NCBI GenBank assembly: GCA_937927935.1
Contig: CALFAC010000136.1
Span: 835 to 64,834 of the forward strand
DNA length: 64,000 bases
Source of the DNA: an uncultured Bacillaceae bacterium
GTDB lineage: Bacteria > Bacillota > Bacilli > Caldalkalibacillales > Caldalkalibacillaceae
Direction: 5' to 3'
Shown here: in pieces, positions 33,393 to 42,443 of the stretch
How the letters are laid out: every line of letters begins with the position of its first letter
Numbering within the stretch: position 1 is the stretch's first letter
Made by a program: the position numbers and the translations under genes
The notes under the pieces: generated by a model
The model's database searches: none
Seen by the model: only the letters and a program-made list of their open reading frames with translations
Told to the model about the DNA's origin: nothing

Positions 33393-33665
33393 ATGAACAA
33401 AAATCAACTGGTTGCTAACATTGCCGAAAAAAGCGGCTTAACCAAAAAAGATGTGGAGTTAGTGATAAACAATCTGCTGGATGAAATCACCAACGCTTTA
33501 GCAGCGGGGGAAAAGGTGCAGTTTGTCGGCTTTGGCACCTTTGAAACCCGCAAACGGTCCAGCCGGACAGGCCGCAACCCTCAAACTGGAGAAACCATCA
33601 ACATTCCAGAAACGGTCGTGCCTGCCTTCAAGGCTGGAAATAAATTGAAAGAAGCGGTGAAATAG
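33393..33665 (+). CDS. hup: DNA-binding protein HU
   Basis: MNKNQLV..IAEKSGLTKKD...GFGTFETRKRSSRTGRNPQTGETINIPE..VPAFKAG. Confidence 0.92.
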   Translation: MNKNQLVANIAEKSGLTKKDVELVINNLLDEITNALAAGEKVQFVGFGTFETRKRSSRTGRNPQTGETINIPETVVPAFKAGNKLKEAVK

Positions 33666-33679
33666 TCCATCAGTAAGCG

Positions 33680-33952
33680 ATGAGACTGGATAAATATTTA
33701 AAAGCTGCCCGGTTGGTCAAGCGGCGCACATTGGCGAAAACGATGTGTGATCAAGGACGAGTGGCAGTCAATGGCCGCACGGCCAAGGCTGGAACGCAAG
33801 TGGCTGTGGGTGACCAGCTGGTGATTCGATACGGTCAGAGAGAACTGACCGTACAAGTTAATCATTTAGCCGAGTCGCCTCGCAAAGAGGAGGCTGGCCA
33901 ATTATATACTGTGCTCAAAGATGAGCGCATCGAGCATTCAGACCCGGACTAA
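33680..33952 (+). CDS. yabO: S4-domain RNA-binding protein YabO
   Basis: MRLDKYLKAARLVKRR is an S4 motif. Position before yabP. Confidence 0.85.
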   Translation: MRLDKYLKAARLVKRRTLAKTMCDQGRVAVNGRTAKAGTQVAVGDQLVIRYGQRELTVQVNHLAESPRKEEAGQLYTVLKDERIEHSDPD

Positions 33953-33970
33953 TGGATCCGGGTTTTTTAT
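33942..33970 (+). terminator. intrinsic terminator overlapping yabO stop
   Basis: ACCCGGA...TCCGGGT stem followed by T6. Confidence 0.75.
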
Positions 33971-34065
33971 TTTGGTTTTAATCAGTTCTAATTTTTACAG
34001 GGGGGCCATATCTTGTACTATAGACAGGCCTAAAAACCGTTGCCGGGTCAAGGGAGGGAAGTGAA

Positions 34066-34362
34066 ATGCTTGATCCAGTCCAACCGAATCGAGGCGAACA
34101 TAAGCATCATGAATTAAAAATGGTTAACCGCAAACAGCTTGATTTAACCGGTGTGATCAATGTGGACAGTTTTGACAGTGAGGAATTTCTGCTGGAGACA
34201 GAGGCGGGTTTTTTAGCCATTCGCGGCCAAAATTTGCATATGAAAAATTTAAGCGTGGAACGGGGCTTGGTTTCCATTGAAGGATTGGTATTTGAAATTG
34301 TTTATGTCGATCATGGCCATGGGGAGAAAGCTAAAGGACTCTTTAGCAAGTTATTCAAGTGA
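34066..34362 (+). CDS. yabP: sporulation protein YabP
   Basis: YabP family pattern (L.L..R..L.L.GV..V.SFD) and yabP-yabQ-divIC order. Confidence 0.85.
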   Translation: MLDPVQPNRGEHKHHELKMVNRKQLDLTGVINVDSFDSEEFLLETEAGFLAIRGQNLHMKNLSVERGLVSIEGLVFEIVYVDHGHGEKAKGLFSKLFK

Positions 34363-34901
34363 GCCTCTCCACCCAGTTTTTAACCCTGGTCCATATGCTG
34401 CTGGCCGGGATCTATTTGGGGGCTATATTTGATACATTTTATCGCTTAAGGGGCCCAGGGGCAGCGTCTTGGTTGAAAACCATTGAAGATCTTCTGTTTT
34501 GGGTGATCAACGCCGTTTTAGTTTTTCTATGGTTGCAAGCCGTCAATCAAGGCCAAATGCGCTTTTCGGTGTTGGTCGCTTTGGCCTGTGGGTATCTCCT
34601 GTACAGAAGCTTGTTTGCTGCCCTCTACCTGAAGGTTTTAAACGGGTTCTTAGGCGCTTTGGCTGCCTTGTATCGCGGGATCTCCTTTCTGGTCACAAAG
34701 CTCATCTTTTGGCCGATTCAACTCATTTTTAAAATGGCGTTTTCGGTACTGCTATTTTGCGGCACGCTTCTGGTCGGCCTTGGCAAATGGTTGATCAGCC
34801 CTGTTGTGACATGGCTCACCAAACGGAGAGAAAATAAAAATAAAGAGGGAAAAAAAGGATTTCTCAAGCGGGTGGCGAATAGATTCAAAAGAAAAAAATA
34901 G
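34359..34901 (+). CDS. yabQ: spore cortex biosynthesis membrane protein YabQ
   Basis: Multi-TM protein whose start overlaps the yabP stop. It has a basic C-terminal tail. Called mainly on position. Confidence 0.7.
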   Translation: MSLSTQFLTLVHMLLAGIYLGAIFDTFYRLRGPGAASWLKTIEDLLFWVINAVLVFLWLQAVNQGQMRFSVLVALACGYLLYRSLFAALYLKVLNGFLGALAALYRGISFLVTKLIFWPIQLIFKMAFSVLLFCGTLLVGLGKWLISPVVTWLTKRRENKNKEGKKGFLKRVANRFKRKK

Positions 34902-34921
34902 GAAGGGATCGAAGAACAGTT

Positions 34922-35290
34922 ATGGCTTACATGATGCATTCCCAACGGAAGGCCACGATCGGTTCGTCATCCGCCTCTTCAATGGAAAACCCACAGCCTC
35001 ACCCTCAGCACAGGCGAGGGAGTCGACTCCTCATGCTGATCCTTGGGATCGGCTTGCTTCTGTTTCTCACCTGGGCGGGTAAGACCTGGTGGGAGCAGGA
35101 ACAAAAGTTGGCCAAGATGGAAGCGAACTTGGCCGAGCTGGAGCAAAAAGTACAGCAGGCTAAACGGGAACAAGAGGAATTGCTTTTGGAAAAAGAGCGT
35201 CTCCATGATCTGGAATATATTGCCGAAATTGCTCGCCGGGACTACTTTCTTTCTCGAGAAGGGGAAACGCTGTTTAAAGTGGTGGAGTAG
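34922..35290 (+). CDS. divIC: cell division protein DivIC (FtsB family)
   Basis: Single TM (LLMLILGIGLLLFLTWAG) followed by a coiled coil and ...YIAEIARRDYFLSREGE. Confidence 0.8.
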   Translation: MAYMMHSQRKATIGSSSASSMENPQPHPQHRRGSRLLMLILGIGLLLFLTWAGKTWWEQEQKLAKMEANLAELEQKVQQAKREQEELLLEKERLHDLEYIAEIARRDYFLSREGETLFKVVE

Positions 35291-35379
35291 GAACACCGAC
35301 TTGTTTGACACCTTTTTTCCCATTCGGGTATAATATACTATAATTATTAATCATTTTTGCTAAAGCACTAAGGAGGAAC

Positions 35380-35769
35380 ATGTCTTACATGTCAGCAGTG
35401 GAAGTGGGCAATAAGCTGGAGGGGAAGGTAACCGGGATCACCCATTTTGGCGCTTTTGTTGAACTGTCTGACGGTGTTACCGGTTTGGTCCACATCAGCG
35501 AAATTGCCAATCAGTATGTGAAAGATATCAATGATTTTTTAAAAGTGAACGACATTGTGACGGTTAAAGTGATCAATGTTGAGGAAAATGGCAAAATTGG
35601 GCTATCCATAAAACAAGCCCAGGAAGAAAATGTCAAGCCCAGGTTTTCTCGACGCAAAGACAACTTGGAAGACAAAATTTCCAAATTTTTAAGAGAAAGC
35701 GAAGACAGACTGATGTCCCTTAAGCGCCAAATGGATAAACGAGGAGGCAGGGGGTCTCGACGAGGGTAA
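35380..35769 (+). CDS. yabR: S1-domain RNA-binding protein YabR
   Basis: S1 fold (GKVTGITHFGAFVEL..G.TGLVHISE). The start could instead be ATG 35389 (MSAVEVG). Confidence 0.85.
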   Translation: MSYMSAVEVGNKLEGKVTGITHFGAFVELSDGVTGLVHISEIANQYVKDINDFLKVNDIVTVKVINVEENGKIGLSIKQAQEENVKPRFSRRKDNLEDKISKFLRESEDRLMSLKRQMDKRGGRGSRRG

Positions 35770-35851
35770 CGAAAGGTTAAGAGGTTACGATAGAGGATCG
35801 CTTCAGATAGAGGATGACTTAAATGGATAGGCGTCTATAGCCGTTAATGAA

Positions 35852-35885
35852 AAGCTGTCTCACGGTAAGGAGACGGCTTTTTTAG
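35852..35885 (+). terminator. intrinsic terminator after yabR
   Basis: AAGCTGTCTC...GAGACGGCTT stem followed by T6. Confidence 0.75.
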
Positions 35886-35888
35886 TTA

Positions 35889-35994
35889 TCCGACATAAAT
35901 TCCATTTAACCATTTTCCCTTGGAATTATGTCGAGCTTTTTTTAGATCGTCCCCACCTAATTTGACAAAATTATTAGAACAACCCGACTATAAT
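35889..35994 (+). promoter_or_regulatory. spoIIE promoter region: inverted 0A-box pair plus TTGACA/TATAAT with a 21-nt spacer
   Basis: TCCGACA (35889-35895; reverse complement TGTCGGA) and TGTCGAG (35929-35935) sit at the outer ends of a 13/14-bp inverted repeat. TTGACA (35962-35967), 21 nt, TATAAT (35989-35994). Confidence 0.55.
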
Positions 35995-36029
35995 GGAGGG
36001 CACCAAACATTAGGGGTGGTGGATCGCAA

Positions 36030-38513
36030 ATGGCAAAGTGGAACATGGTTGGTTCCGAGAATGTAGTGGTTCATGAGCAGGAAAAAAGGTGGTGGACAAG
36101 CTGGGTACGGCAATGGAGTCGGCTAAAGCAGGAGGTGCTTAAACGGGTAGATCTATTTTTGATTGTGGTCATGGGCTTTCTGTTGGGACGAGCCCTCATC
36201 ATCGGTGGGTTGCATCCCTTTGCTCTTCCCTTTGTGGCGGTGGTCTATCATCTGCGCCGGGATCGTCTCTTTTGGGCGGTGGCGGCCGTTTTGGGAGGCA
36301 CCCTGATTCATGAACAGGGGCAACCGTTTAAATTGATAGCTGCCTTAATCTTCTTCCTCCTCTTACACAAGCTGTTTGACCGCTGGCAACGGGGAACCAT
36401 GACTTACGCCCCCATCACCGTGTTTAGCGCGGTCTTGTTAGGCGCCTTAAGCATCGCCTATGTTCAAAATTGGTCCACGTATGCGGTTTTAATGGCTGGG
36501 GTGGAGGCGGCTTTAAGTTTGGTGCTTACTCTGATTTTTATGCAATGTTTGCCCATCTTAACCCAACGAAGGCAAAAGGGGACGTTAAAAAATGAAGAGC
36601 TGGTCTGTTTAATTATTTTGCTGGCCTCCTTGATGACCGGCACGGCAGGCTGGGTGATTGAGGAGGTGGCCATTGATCAGGTCTTTGCTCGCTACATTGT
36701 GCTGGTTTTTGCCTTGGCTGCAGGAGGAGCTATTGCCGCGGCGGTGGGGGTGGTGACAGGCATCATCCTGAGTTTGGCCCAGATGGGTTCTATGCTGGCC
36801 ATCAGCCTGCTTGCCTTCAGCGGCCTTTTAGGTGGACTGTTGAAGGAAGGGAAAAAGATTGGGGTGGCCCTGGGGCTTGTGGTTGGCACCTTATTGATGG
36901 GTTTTTACCAAGGGGAACCCTTGCTTGTAAGCGGACTGTATGAAACCGGGGTGGCCATTGTTCTCTTTCTCTTTACGCCTCGCTCCATTTTTACCCGGAT
37001 CGCCCAATATATTCCGGGCACCGTTGAGCATGAGGAACTGGAGCAAAATTACATGAAACATCTGCGGGATGTAACGGTGAACAAAGTACGCCAGTTTGCC
37101 GATCTGTTCCAACAGCTGGCCGCCAGTTTCGCTTATTCAGCGGCAGAGGAGGAAGGAGAGGAGAGTTATGTGGATCTTCTCCTTAGCAAAGTAACGGAAA
37201 ACAGCTGTCAGATTTGTTTTAAAAAAGAGTACTGTTGGCAGAACAAGTTTCACACCACCTACGCTTTGATGGAGGAGCTGGTGAAGGAGACGAAAGAAAA
37301 GGGGCAACTTTCTCCTGATCTGGCTGAGCGCTTAGCCTCCCATTGTGTGCGCAGTGAAAAAGTGGTGGAGTTGGTCAATGCCCAAGTGGAAAAATACCAG
37401 GCCCACCTTCGTTTTAAGCGGCAGTGCCAGGAATCCCGGAGACTGGTGGCGGATCAGCTTTCCGGCCTTTCCCGGGTGATGAACAATTTCGCCTGGGAGA
37501 TTCAGCGGGAAGGGGAGAGCCATCACATCCAGGAACAGTTGGTTCTGGATGCCTTGGAAGAGGTGGGGCTGGCGATTCAGGAAGTGAAAATTCATGCTCT
37601 GGATGAGGGCAGTGTTGATATTGAACTGGCTTTACCCCTTAAATTTGGTCGGGAGGAATGTGAAAAAATTGTGGTACCGGTCCTCACCGGCATTATTGGC
37701 GAGCCCATCATGGTGGATAAAGAGGAGAGCCACTTTGAGCGGGGCGGGTTTAGCCGGGTGAGGCTGGTTTCAGCCAAGCGCTTTAAACTGACCACAGGGG
37801 TGGCGGCCGCAGCCAAAGGAGGGGGGCTCCTTTCCGGCGATAGTTTTAACACCATGCAGCTTGGTCCAGGGAAGCAAGCGCTGGCCATTGCCGACGGGAT
37901 GGGCAACGGTCACCGGGCCCATCAGGAGAGTAAAGAGACTTTAAATCTGTTACAATCCATCTTACAATCAGGCATTGAGGAGACGGTGGCCATCAAATCG
38001 ATCAACTCCGTCTTGGCGCTCCGTTCTCCGGAAGAGATTTTTTCCACCCTGGATTTGGCCATTATTGATTTGCAGACAGCCAAGACCAAATTTCTGAAAA
38101 TTGGCTCCACCCCCAGTTTTATTAAGCGGGGAGACAAGTGCCTTACCGTGAGCGCCAACAATTTGCCCATCGGCATCTTGCAGGAGATTGAGATTGACGT
38201 GGTGAGCGAGCAGCTGAAGGCGGGCGATCTTCTCATCATGATGACGGATGGCCTTTATGAAGCTCCCCGCCATATTGAAAACAAGGAGATGTGGATGAAG
38301 CGGTTAATTATGGAGATTAAGACCACCGATCCCCAGGAAGTGGCCGATCTCCTCTTGGAGAAGGTGATCCGTTTCCATCAGGGAGAAATTAAAGATGATA
38401 TGACCGTGGTGGTGGCCAAAATTGAACGGTATACCCCAGAATGGTCCACCATCTCGTTAAGCAACATTCCAAAGTTGCGCCGGACCAAGCGGGAATTGGC
38501 CGTAACCACCTAG
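36030..38513 (+). CDS. spoIIE: stage II sporulation protein E (membrane PP2C phosphatase)
   Basis: About 10 N-terminal TM segments, a central regulatory region, and a C-terminal PP2C domain (ADGMGNGHRA, MMTDGLYE, DDMTVVV). Confidence 0.95.
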   Translation: MAKWNMVGSENVVVHEQEKRWWTSWVRQWSRLKQEVLKRVDLFLIVVMGFLLGRALIIGGLHPFALPFVAVVYHLRRDRLFWAVAAVLGGTLIHEQGQPFKLIAALIFFLLLHKLFDRWQRGTMTYAPITVFSAVLLGALSIAYVQNWSTYAVLMAGVEAALSLVLTLIFMQCLPILTQRRQKGTLKNEELVCLIILLASLMTGTAGWVIEEVAIDQVFARYIVLVFALAAGGAIAAAVGVVTGIILSLAQMGSMLAISLLAFSGLLGGLLKEGKKIGVALGLVVGTLLMGFYQGEPLLVSGLYETGVAIVLFLFTPRSIFTRIAQYIPGTVEHEELEQNYMKHLRDVTVNKVRQFADLFQQLAASFAYSAAEEEGEESYVDLLLSKVTENSCQICFKKEYCWQNKFHTTYALMEELVKETKEKGQLSPDLAERLASHCVRSEKVVELVNAQVEKYQAHLRFKRQCQESRRLVADQLSGLSRVMNNFAWEIQREGESHHIQEQLVLDALEEVGLAIQEVKIHALDEGSVDIELALPLKFGREECEKIVVPVLTGIIGEPIMVDKEESHFERGGFSRVRLVSAKRFKLTTGVAAAAKGGGLLSGDSFNTMQLGPGKQALAIADGMGNGHRAHQESKETLNLLQSILQSGIEETVAIKSINSVLALRSPEEIFSTLDLAIIDLQTAKTKFLKIGSTPSFIKRGDKCLTVSANNLPIGILQEIEIDVVSEQLKAGDLLIMMTDGLYEAPRHIENKEMWMKRLIMEIKTTDPQEVADLLLEKVIRFHQGEIKDDMTVVVAKIERYTPEWSTISLSNIPKLRRTKRELAVTT

Positions 38514-38648
38514 AGATGAATCTGGTGTCGATCCTAAAAAATTTAAGGAGATGGATTGATCGGCCCTCTTCCGTTTCTTTAAGAGAGGTATGAAAGAACT
38601 CCTCCTTGGTTAATGCTGGTAATAAGTGAAAAGGAGGAGTTGATTTTT

Positions 38649-39383
38649 ATGAGCACAGGAACGCTGAGGCAGATTTTGCTCATCACCGACGGCTGCTCCA
38701 ATGAGGGGAGAGAACCGGCCCTGGCGGCCGCCGTTGCCCGGGAGCATAACATTACCGTTAATGTGATCGGCATATTGGATCATGGGGAATTGGGGGAGCA
38801 CGGTATAGAGGAGGTGGAAAGAATCGCCCAGGCTGGTGGGGGGATCCACCAGGTGGTCTATGCCCGGGACTTGTCCAAAACGGTGCAGATGGTCACCCGG
38901 CAAGCCATGACCCAAACCATACAGCAAGTGGTTAATAAAGAATTGACCCATATTTTAGGTCCTGAGCAGATGATCGATGCTTTGCCCCCTGAAAAGCGGA
39001 GCAAAGTGGTGGAAGTGGTGGAAAACTTAAGTGAAACCATGGCCCTTGAGGTGCTCATCCTGGTAGATACCAGCGCCTCCATGAAAAGCAAAATCGGCGC
39101 CGTAGTGCAAGCTTTGCGCGATCTAAAATTGTCCCTGGGCTCCCGGATAGGGGAAAACCGCTTTTCCTTATGGACCTTCCCTGGTCGAAAAAGCGCGGCG
39201 CATAAACATATGGACTGGTCCACCGATTTAACCGCTCTGGAGAGAGCCTTTAGCCGCCTTTCTCCCCAGGGAACCACCCCCACCGGCCCTGCTTTGGAGG
39301 AGGCGTTGAGCTACATGGTGGGCTCCCTGCCTGAAAATCTTTTCGCTGACGATGACGAAGGGATGTTCACCTCATATGCCTAA
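38649..39383 (+). CDS. yabS: von Willebrand factor A domain protein YabS
   Basis: Two vWA-like halves (LITDGCSN; MIDAS-like LVDTSASM). Position spoIIE-yabS-yabT. Confidence 0.8.
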   Translation: MSTGTLRQILLITDGCSNEGREPALAAAVAREHNITVNVIGILDHGELGEHGIEEVERIAQAGGGIHQVVYARDLSKTVQMVTRQAMTQTIQQVVNKELTHILGPEQMIDALPPEKRSKVVEVVENLSETMALEVLILVDTSASMKSKIGAVVQALRDLKLSLGSRIGENRFSLWTFPGRKSAAHKHMDWSTDLTALERAFSRLSPQGTTPTGPALEEALSYMVGSLPENLFADDDEGMFTSYA

Positions 39384-40344
39384 TCCGCCTCTGGTGATTC
39401 GAGGCAAATGGCGGGGCAAGGAGTACCGCGTCCTTCGGGAGTTGGGGCGGGGCACGGGGGGCATCGTGTATGAAGTTTCCCACGCCCAGCGGAACTTCGC
39501 CTTAAAAGTGGGCCACGACTCTTTTACCCTTACATCGGAAATTAATGTCTTAAAGCTGTTGCAGAAGGCCGAAGGCACTGTCCTTGGGCCTTCCCTTTAT
39601 GATGTGGATGATTGGGTCAGTCCATCGGGGGTGCGCTCCTTTTATGTTATGAATGTGATCAAAGGGGTGCCGGTACATCACTATGTACGCAATCAAGGGG
39701 AAGAGTGGCTCCCGGTCTTGGTGATGCAGCTTTTAGGGTTTTTAGACCAGCTGCACAAGAGAGGCTATGTTTTTGGTGATCTTAAGCCGGAACATTTGCT
39801 GGTCACCGGTTCTCCTCCTCGGCTGGTCTGGTTTGACGCTGGAGGAATGACTCCCATCGGCCGGGCGGTTAAAGAATATACGGAACTTTACGACCGGGGG
39901 TATTGGCAAATGGGGGACCGCAGAGCCAACCCCGAGTACGACCTGTTTAGCACTTCCTTAATGATTCTTCATATGGCTCAGGGAAAGCCCGTCACCCTAC
40001 AGCAAGACCCCTTAACCACTTTTATCCATCAGATGGAAAGAACACCTTTGCTCACCCCTTACCGAACCGTTCTTAAAAATGCTTTTTTGGGACGCTATCC
40101 ATCGGCCCAGGCTATGAAAAAGGATTGGTTTATAGCCTGGCAAAAAGACAGATTCCCCGGTAAAACACGAAGAGCCCCTTTCAGTCAGCCAGGTAACACC
40201 TCTCCGTCCAGGCGCACGACGGCTAACAAACCTAAAAAAGGTTGGCGGCTGTTGGTTAAGGTGTTTAAAATCATCCTCTTTCTCATCCTGTCATCTTTTC
40301 TCTCTCTCTTGGCTGCACTATACTTAATTTATCAAGTGTTATAA
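39376..40344 (+). CDS. yabT: Hanks-type Ser/Thr protein kinase YabT with C-terminal TM anchor
   Basis: GRGTGGIVYEV, ALKV, FGDLKPEHLL, and C-terminal TM ILFLILSSFLSLLAALYLIY. ATG overlaps the yabS stop by 8 nt. Confidence 0.85.
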   Translation: MPNPPLVIRGKWRGKEYRVLRELGRGTGGIVYEVSHAQRNFALKVGHDSFTLTSEINVLKLLQKAEGTVLGPSLYDVDDWVSPSGVRSFYVMNVIKGVPVHHYVRNQGEEWLPVLVMQLLGFLDQLHKRGYVFGDLKPEHLLVTGSPPRLVWFDAGGMTPIGRAVKEYTELYDRGYWQMGDRRANPEYDLFSTSLMILHMAQGKPVTLQQDPLTTFIHQMERTPLLTPYRTVLKNAFLGRYPSAQAMKKDWFIAWQKDRFPGKTRRAPFSQPGNTSPSRRTTANKPKKGWRLLVKVFKIILFLILSSFLSLLAALYLIYQVL

Positions 40345-40371
40345 CCCGACGAAAAAAATGATGTGAGGACC

Positions 40372-41832
40372 ATGAATTTAAAAACGGTAGATGAACGTAT
40401 ACATAAATTGATTGCCTCTTACAAGCTTTTGGCCCCAGGGGACCGGGTTGTCGTAGGTGTCAGCGGGGGGCCAGACTCCTTGCTGCTGTTGCATTGGTTA
40501 AAACGCTATCGCCCCAAATATAAGCTCTTTTTGGTGGCGGCCCATTTAAATCATCAGCTGAGAAAAGAGGCGGATCAGGAAGAGGAGTTTGTGCGGGACC
40601 AATGTGCCCGCTGGGAAATTCCCTGCATCACCCAAAAGGTGGATGTGGCTCAGCATGCCCGACACAACGGACTGTCCATCCAGGTGGCAGCCCGTCAATG
40701 TCGCTATGCTTTCTTTCAAGAGGTGGCCACGAGCCAGGGATGTGGCAAAGTGGCTCTGGCCCATCATGCTGATGACCAGGTGGAGACCGTGCTGATGCGC
40801 TTAATTAGAGGCGCGGGACTGGATGGTTTAGCCGGCATTCCGGTCAAACGCTCGCTCACTTCCACGTTGGAAGTGATCCGTCCGCTGCTTGCCCTGACCA
40901 AAGATCAGATTGAAGCGTATTGTCAGCATTATCAGCTCAATCCCCGGTTGGATCAGTCCAATCTAAAAGATGATTATACGCGCAACTGGGTGCGTCATCA
41001 TCTTATTCCCAAAATGAAAGCGCTTAATCCCAATTTGGCCGTTGGCGTGCAGGAGATGACCCGGCTCATGGCAGAGGACAGCCAGTTTTTAACGGAGCTG
41101 GCTAAAGAGCGATTAGAGCAGCTTAAGCCAATATATAAAGAAGGAGAAGTTCGCCTGCAGGTGGCAAAGCTTGCCAGTCAACCTCTTGCTTTACAAAGAA
41201 GAATGATTTTACTACTATTAAGTTATCTGCTTGACATCCAACGGTTAAGTAAGGTCCATATCGATGCCGTGTTACATATTATTCAATCGGAGGAAGGGAC
41301 TCAAGTGCTTCACCTTCCCGATAGGGTTCAGATTGAACGGCAATATGGGATGCTAATCATGAAGCGGAAAAACGAGGGGGGCGGTCGCCCCCTTGAGGGC
41401 TGGGAAGCCTATTGCTATGAATTAAAGGAACCAGGCGTTTACCGCTGGCCAGGTTTACCCTTTGAAGTGATTGTGGAGCATCAATCGCTAGGGTCACCAG
41501 GCGAAGCGAGGTGTAAGTCGGACACGGGGAAGGAAGATCCTTTCACCACATCTCTCTCTTTGGATGTGCAATCCCTTCATCTTCCTCTCATGGTGCGCAA
41601 CAGGCGGCCAGGCGACAAAATCAAATTGGCGGGCCTTTCAGGCCACAGCAAGGTGAAGGATCTGTTTATCAATCATAAGCTTCCCCGTCCGGCCCGGGCC
41701 TGGTGGCCGCTGGTAGCGGACCAAAAGGGTTTGTTATGGATTCCGGGATTGGCCAAGGCGGATAGAACCAGACTTACCAGCCGCACAAAAGAAATCTATA
41801 CGGTAACGTTTCAATTTAGGGAGGGTTTATGA
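40372..41832 (+). CDS. tilS: tRNA(Ile)-lysidine synthetase
   Basis: PP-loop VGVSGGPDS and a C-terminal TilS domain. Confidence 0.9.
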   Translation: MNLKTVDERIHKLIASYKLLAPGDRVVVGVSGGPDSLLLLHWLKRYRPKYKLFLVAAHLNHQLRKEADQEEEFVRDQCARWEIPCITQKVDVAQHARHNGLSIQVAARQCRYAFFQEVATSQGCGKVALAHHADDQVETVLMRLIRGAGLDGLAGIPVKRSLTSTLEVIRPLLALTKDQIEAYCQHYQLNPRLDQSNLKDDYTRNWVRHHLIPKMKALNPNLAVGVQEMTRLMAEDSQFLTELAKERLEQLKPIYKEGEVRLQVAKLASQPLALQRRMILLLLSYLLDIQRLSKVHIDAVLHIIQSEEGTQVLHLPDRVQIERQYGMLIMKRKNEGGGRPLEGWEAYCYELKEPGVYRWPGLPFEVIVEHQSLGSPGEARCKSDTGKEDPFTTSLSLDVQSLHLPLMVRNRRPGDKIKLAGLSGHSKVKDLFINHKLPRPARAWWPLVADQKGLLWIPGLAKADRTRLTSRTKEIYTVTFQFREGL

Positions 41833-42372
41833 TTGCACGAGGATATTCAAGAGGTACTGATCGGAGAGGAAGAAATTGCCAGCAAAGTGAAGGAGCTGGC
41901 TCAATTGTTGTCGGAGGAGTACCGGGGAAAAAATCCCTTGATTATCTGCGTCCTTAAAGGGGCAGCTTTCTTTATGACGGATCTCATCAAACAGATGGAC
42001 ATTGAATTGGAAATGGACTTTATGGATGTTTCCAGTTATGGCAACAGAAGCGAATCATCCGGTGAAGTGAAAATCATAAAGGATTTAAACACCTCGGTGC
42101 AAGGACGCCATGTGTTGGTGGTGGAAGATATTATTGACAGCGGCTTAACTTTAAAATATTTGGTTGATCTGCTTCAACACCGCAAGGCGGCCAGCGTTAA
42201 AGTGGTCACTTTATTGGATAAACCCCGGCGACGGAAAGTAGACTTTAAGCCTGATTGGATAGGGTTTGAAGTGCCTGACGAATTTGTGGTGGGCTATGGA
42301 CTCGATTATGCCGAAAAGTATCGCAATCTCCCTTATATCGGTGTGCTTAAACGGGACGTGTATGTCTTGTGA
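41833..42372 (+). CDS. hpt: hypoxanthine-guanine phosphoribosyltransferase
   Basis: PRT motif [16 protein letters not shown] start follows GGGAGGG, immediately after the tilS stop. Confidence 0.95.
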   Translation: MHEDIQEVLIGEEEIASKVKELAQLLSEEYRGKNPLIICVLKGAAFFMTDLIKQMDIELEMDFMDVSSYGNRSESSGEVKIIKDLNTSVQGRHVLVVEDIIDSGLTLKYLVDLLQHRKAASVKVVTLLDKPRRRKVDFKPDWIGFEVPDEFVVGYGLDYAEKYRNLPYIGVLKRDVYVL

Positions 42373-42443
42373 GGGTAATCGTTACATGATACAATATGTT
42401 ATGGTTTGTTTGCTGTGTTGGCACCCTCGGGAGGAGGTAAGGA

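Noticed and set aside
35770-36029. Possible tRNA genes (B. subtilis has tRNAs between yabR and spoIIE)
   Set aside because: There is no GTTCGAATC-type T-loop, no cloverleaf-compatible acceptor pairing and no CCA context. The region is accounted for by a terminator and the spoIIE promoter.
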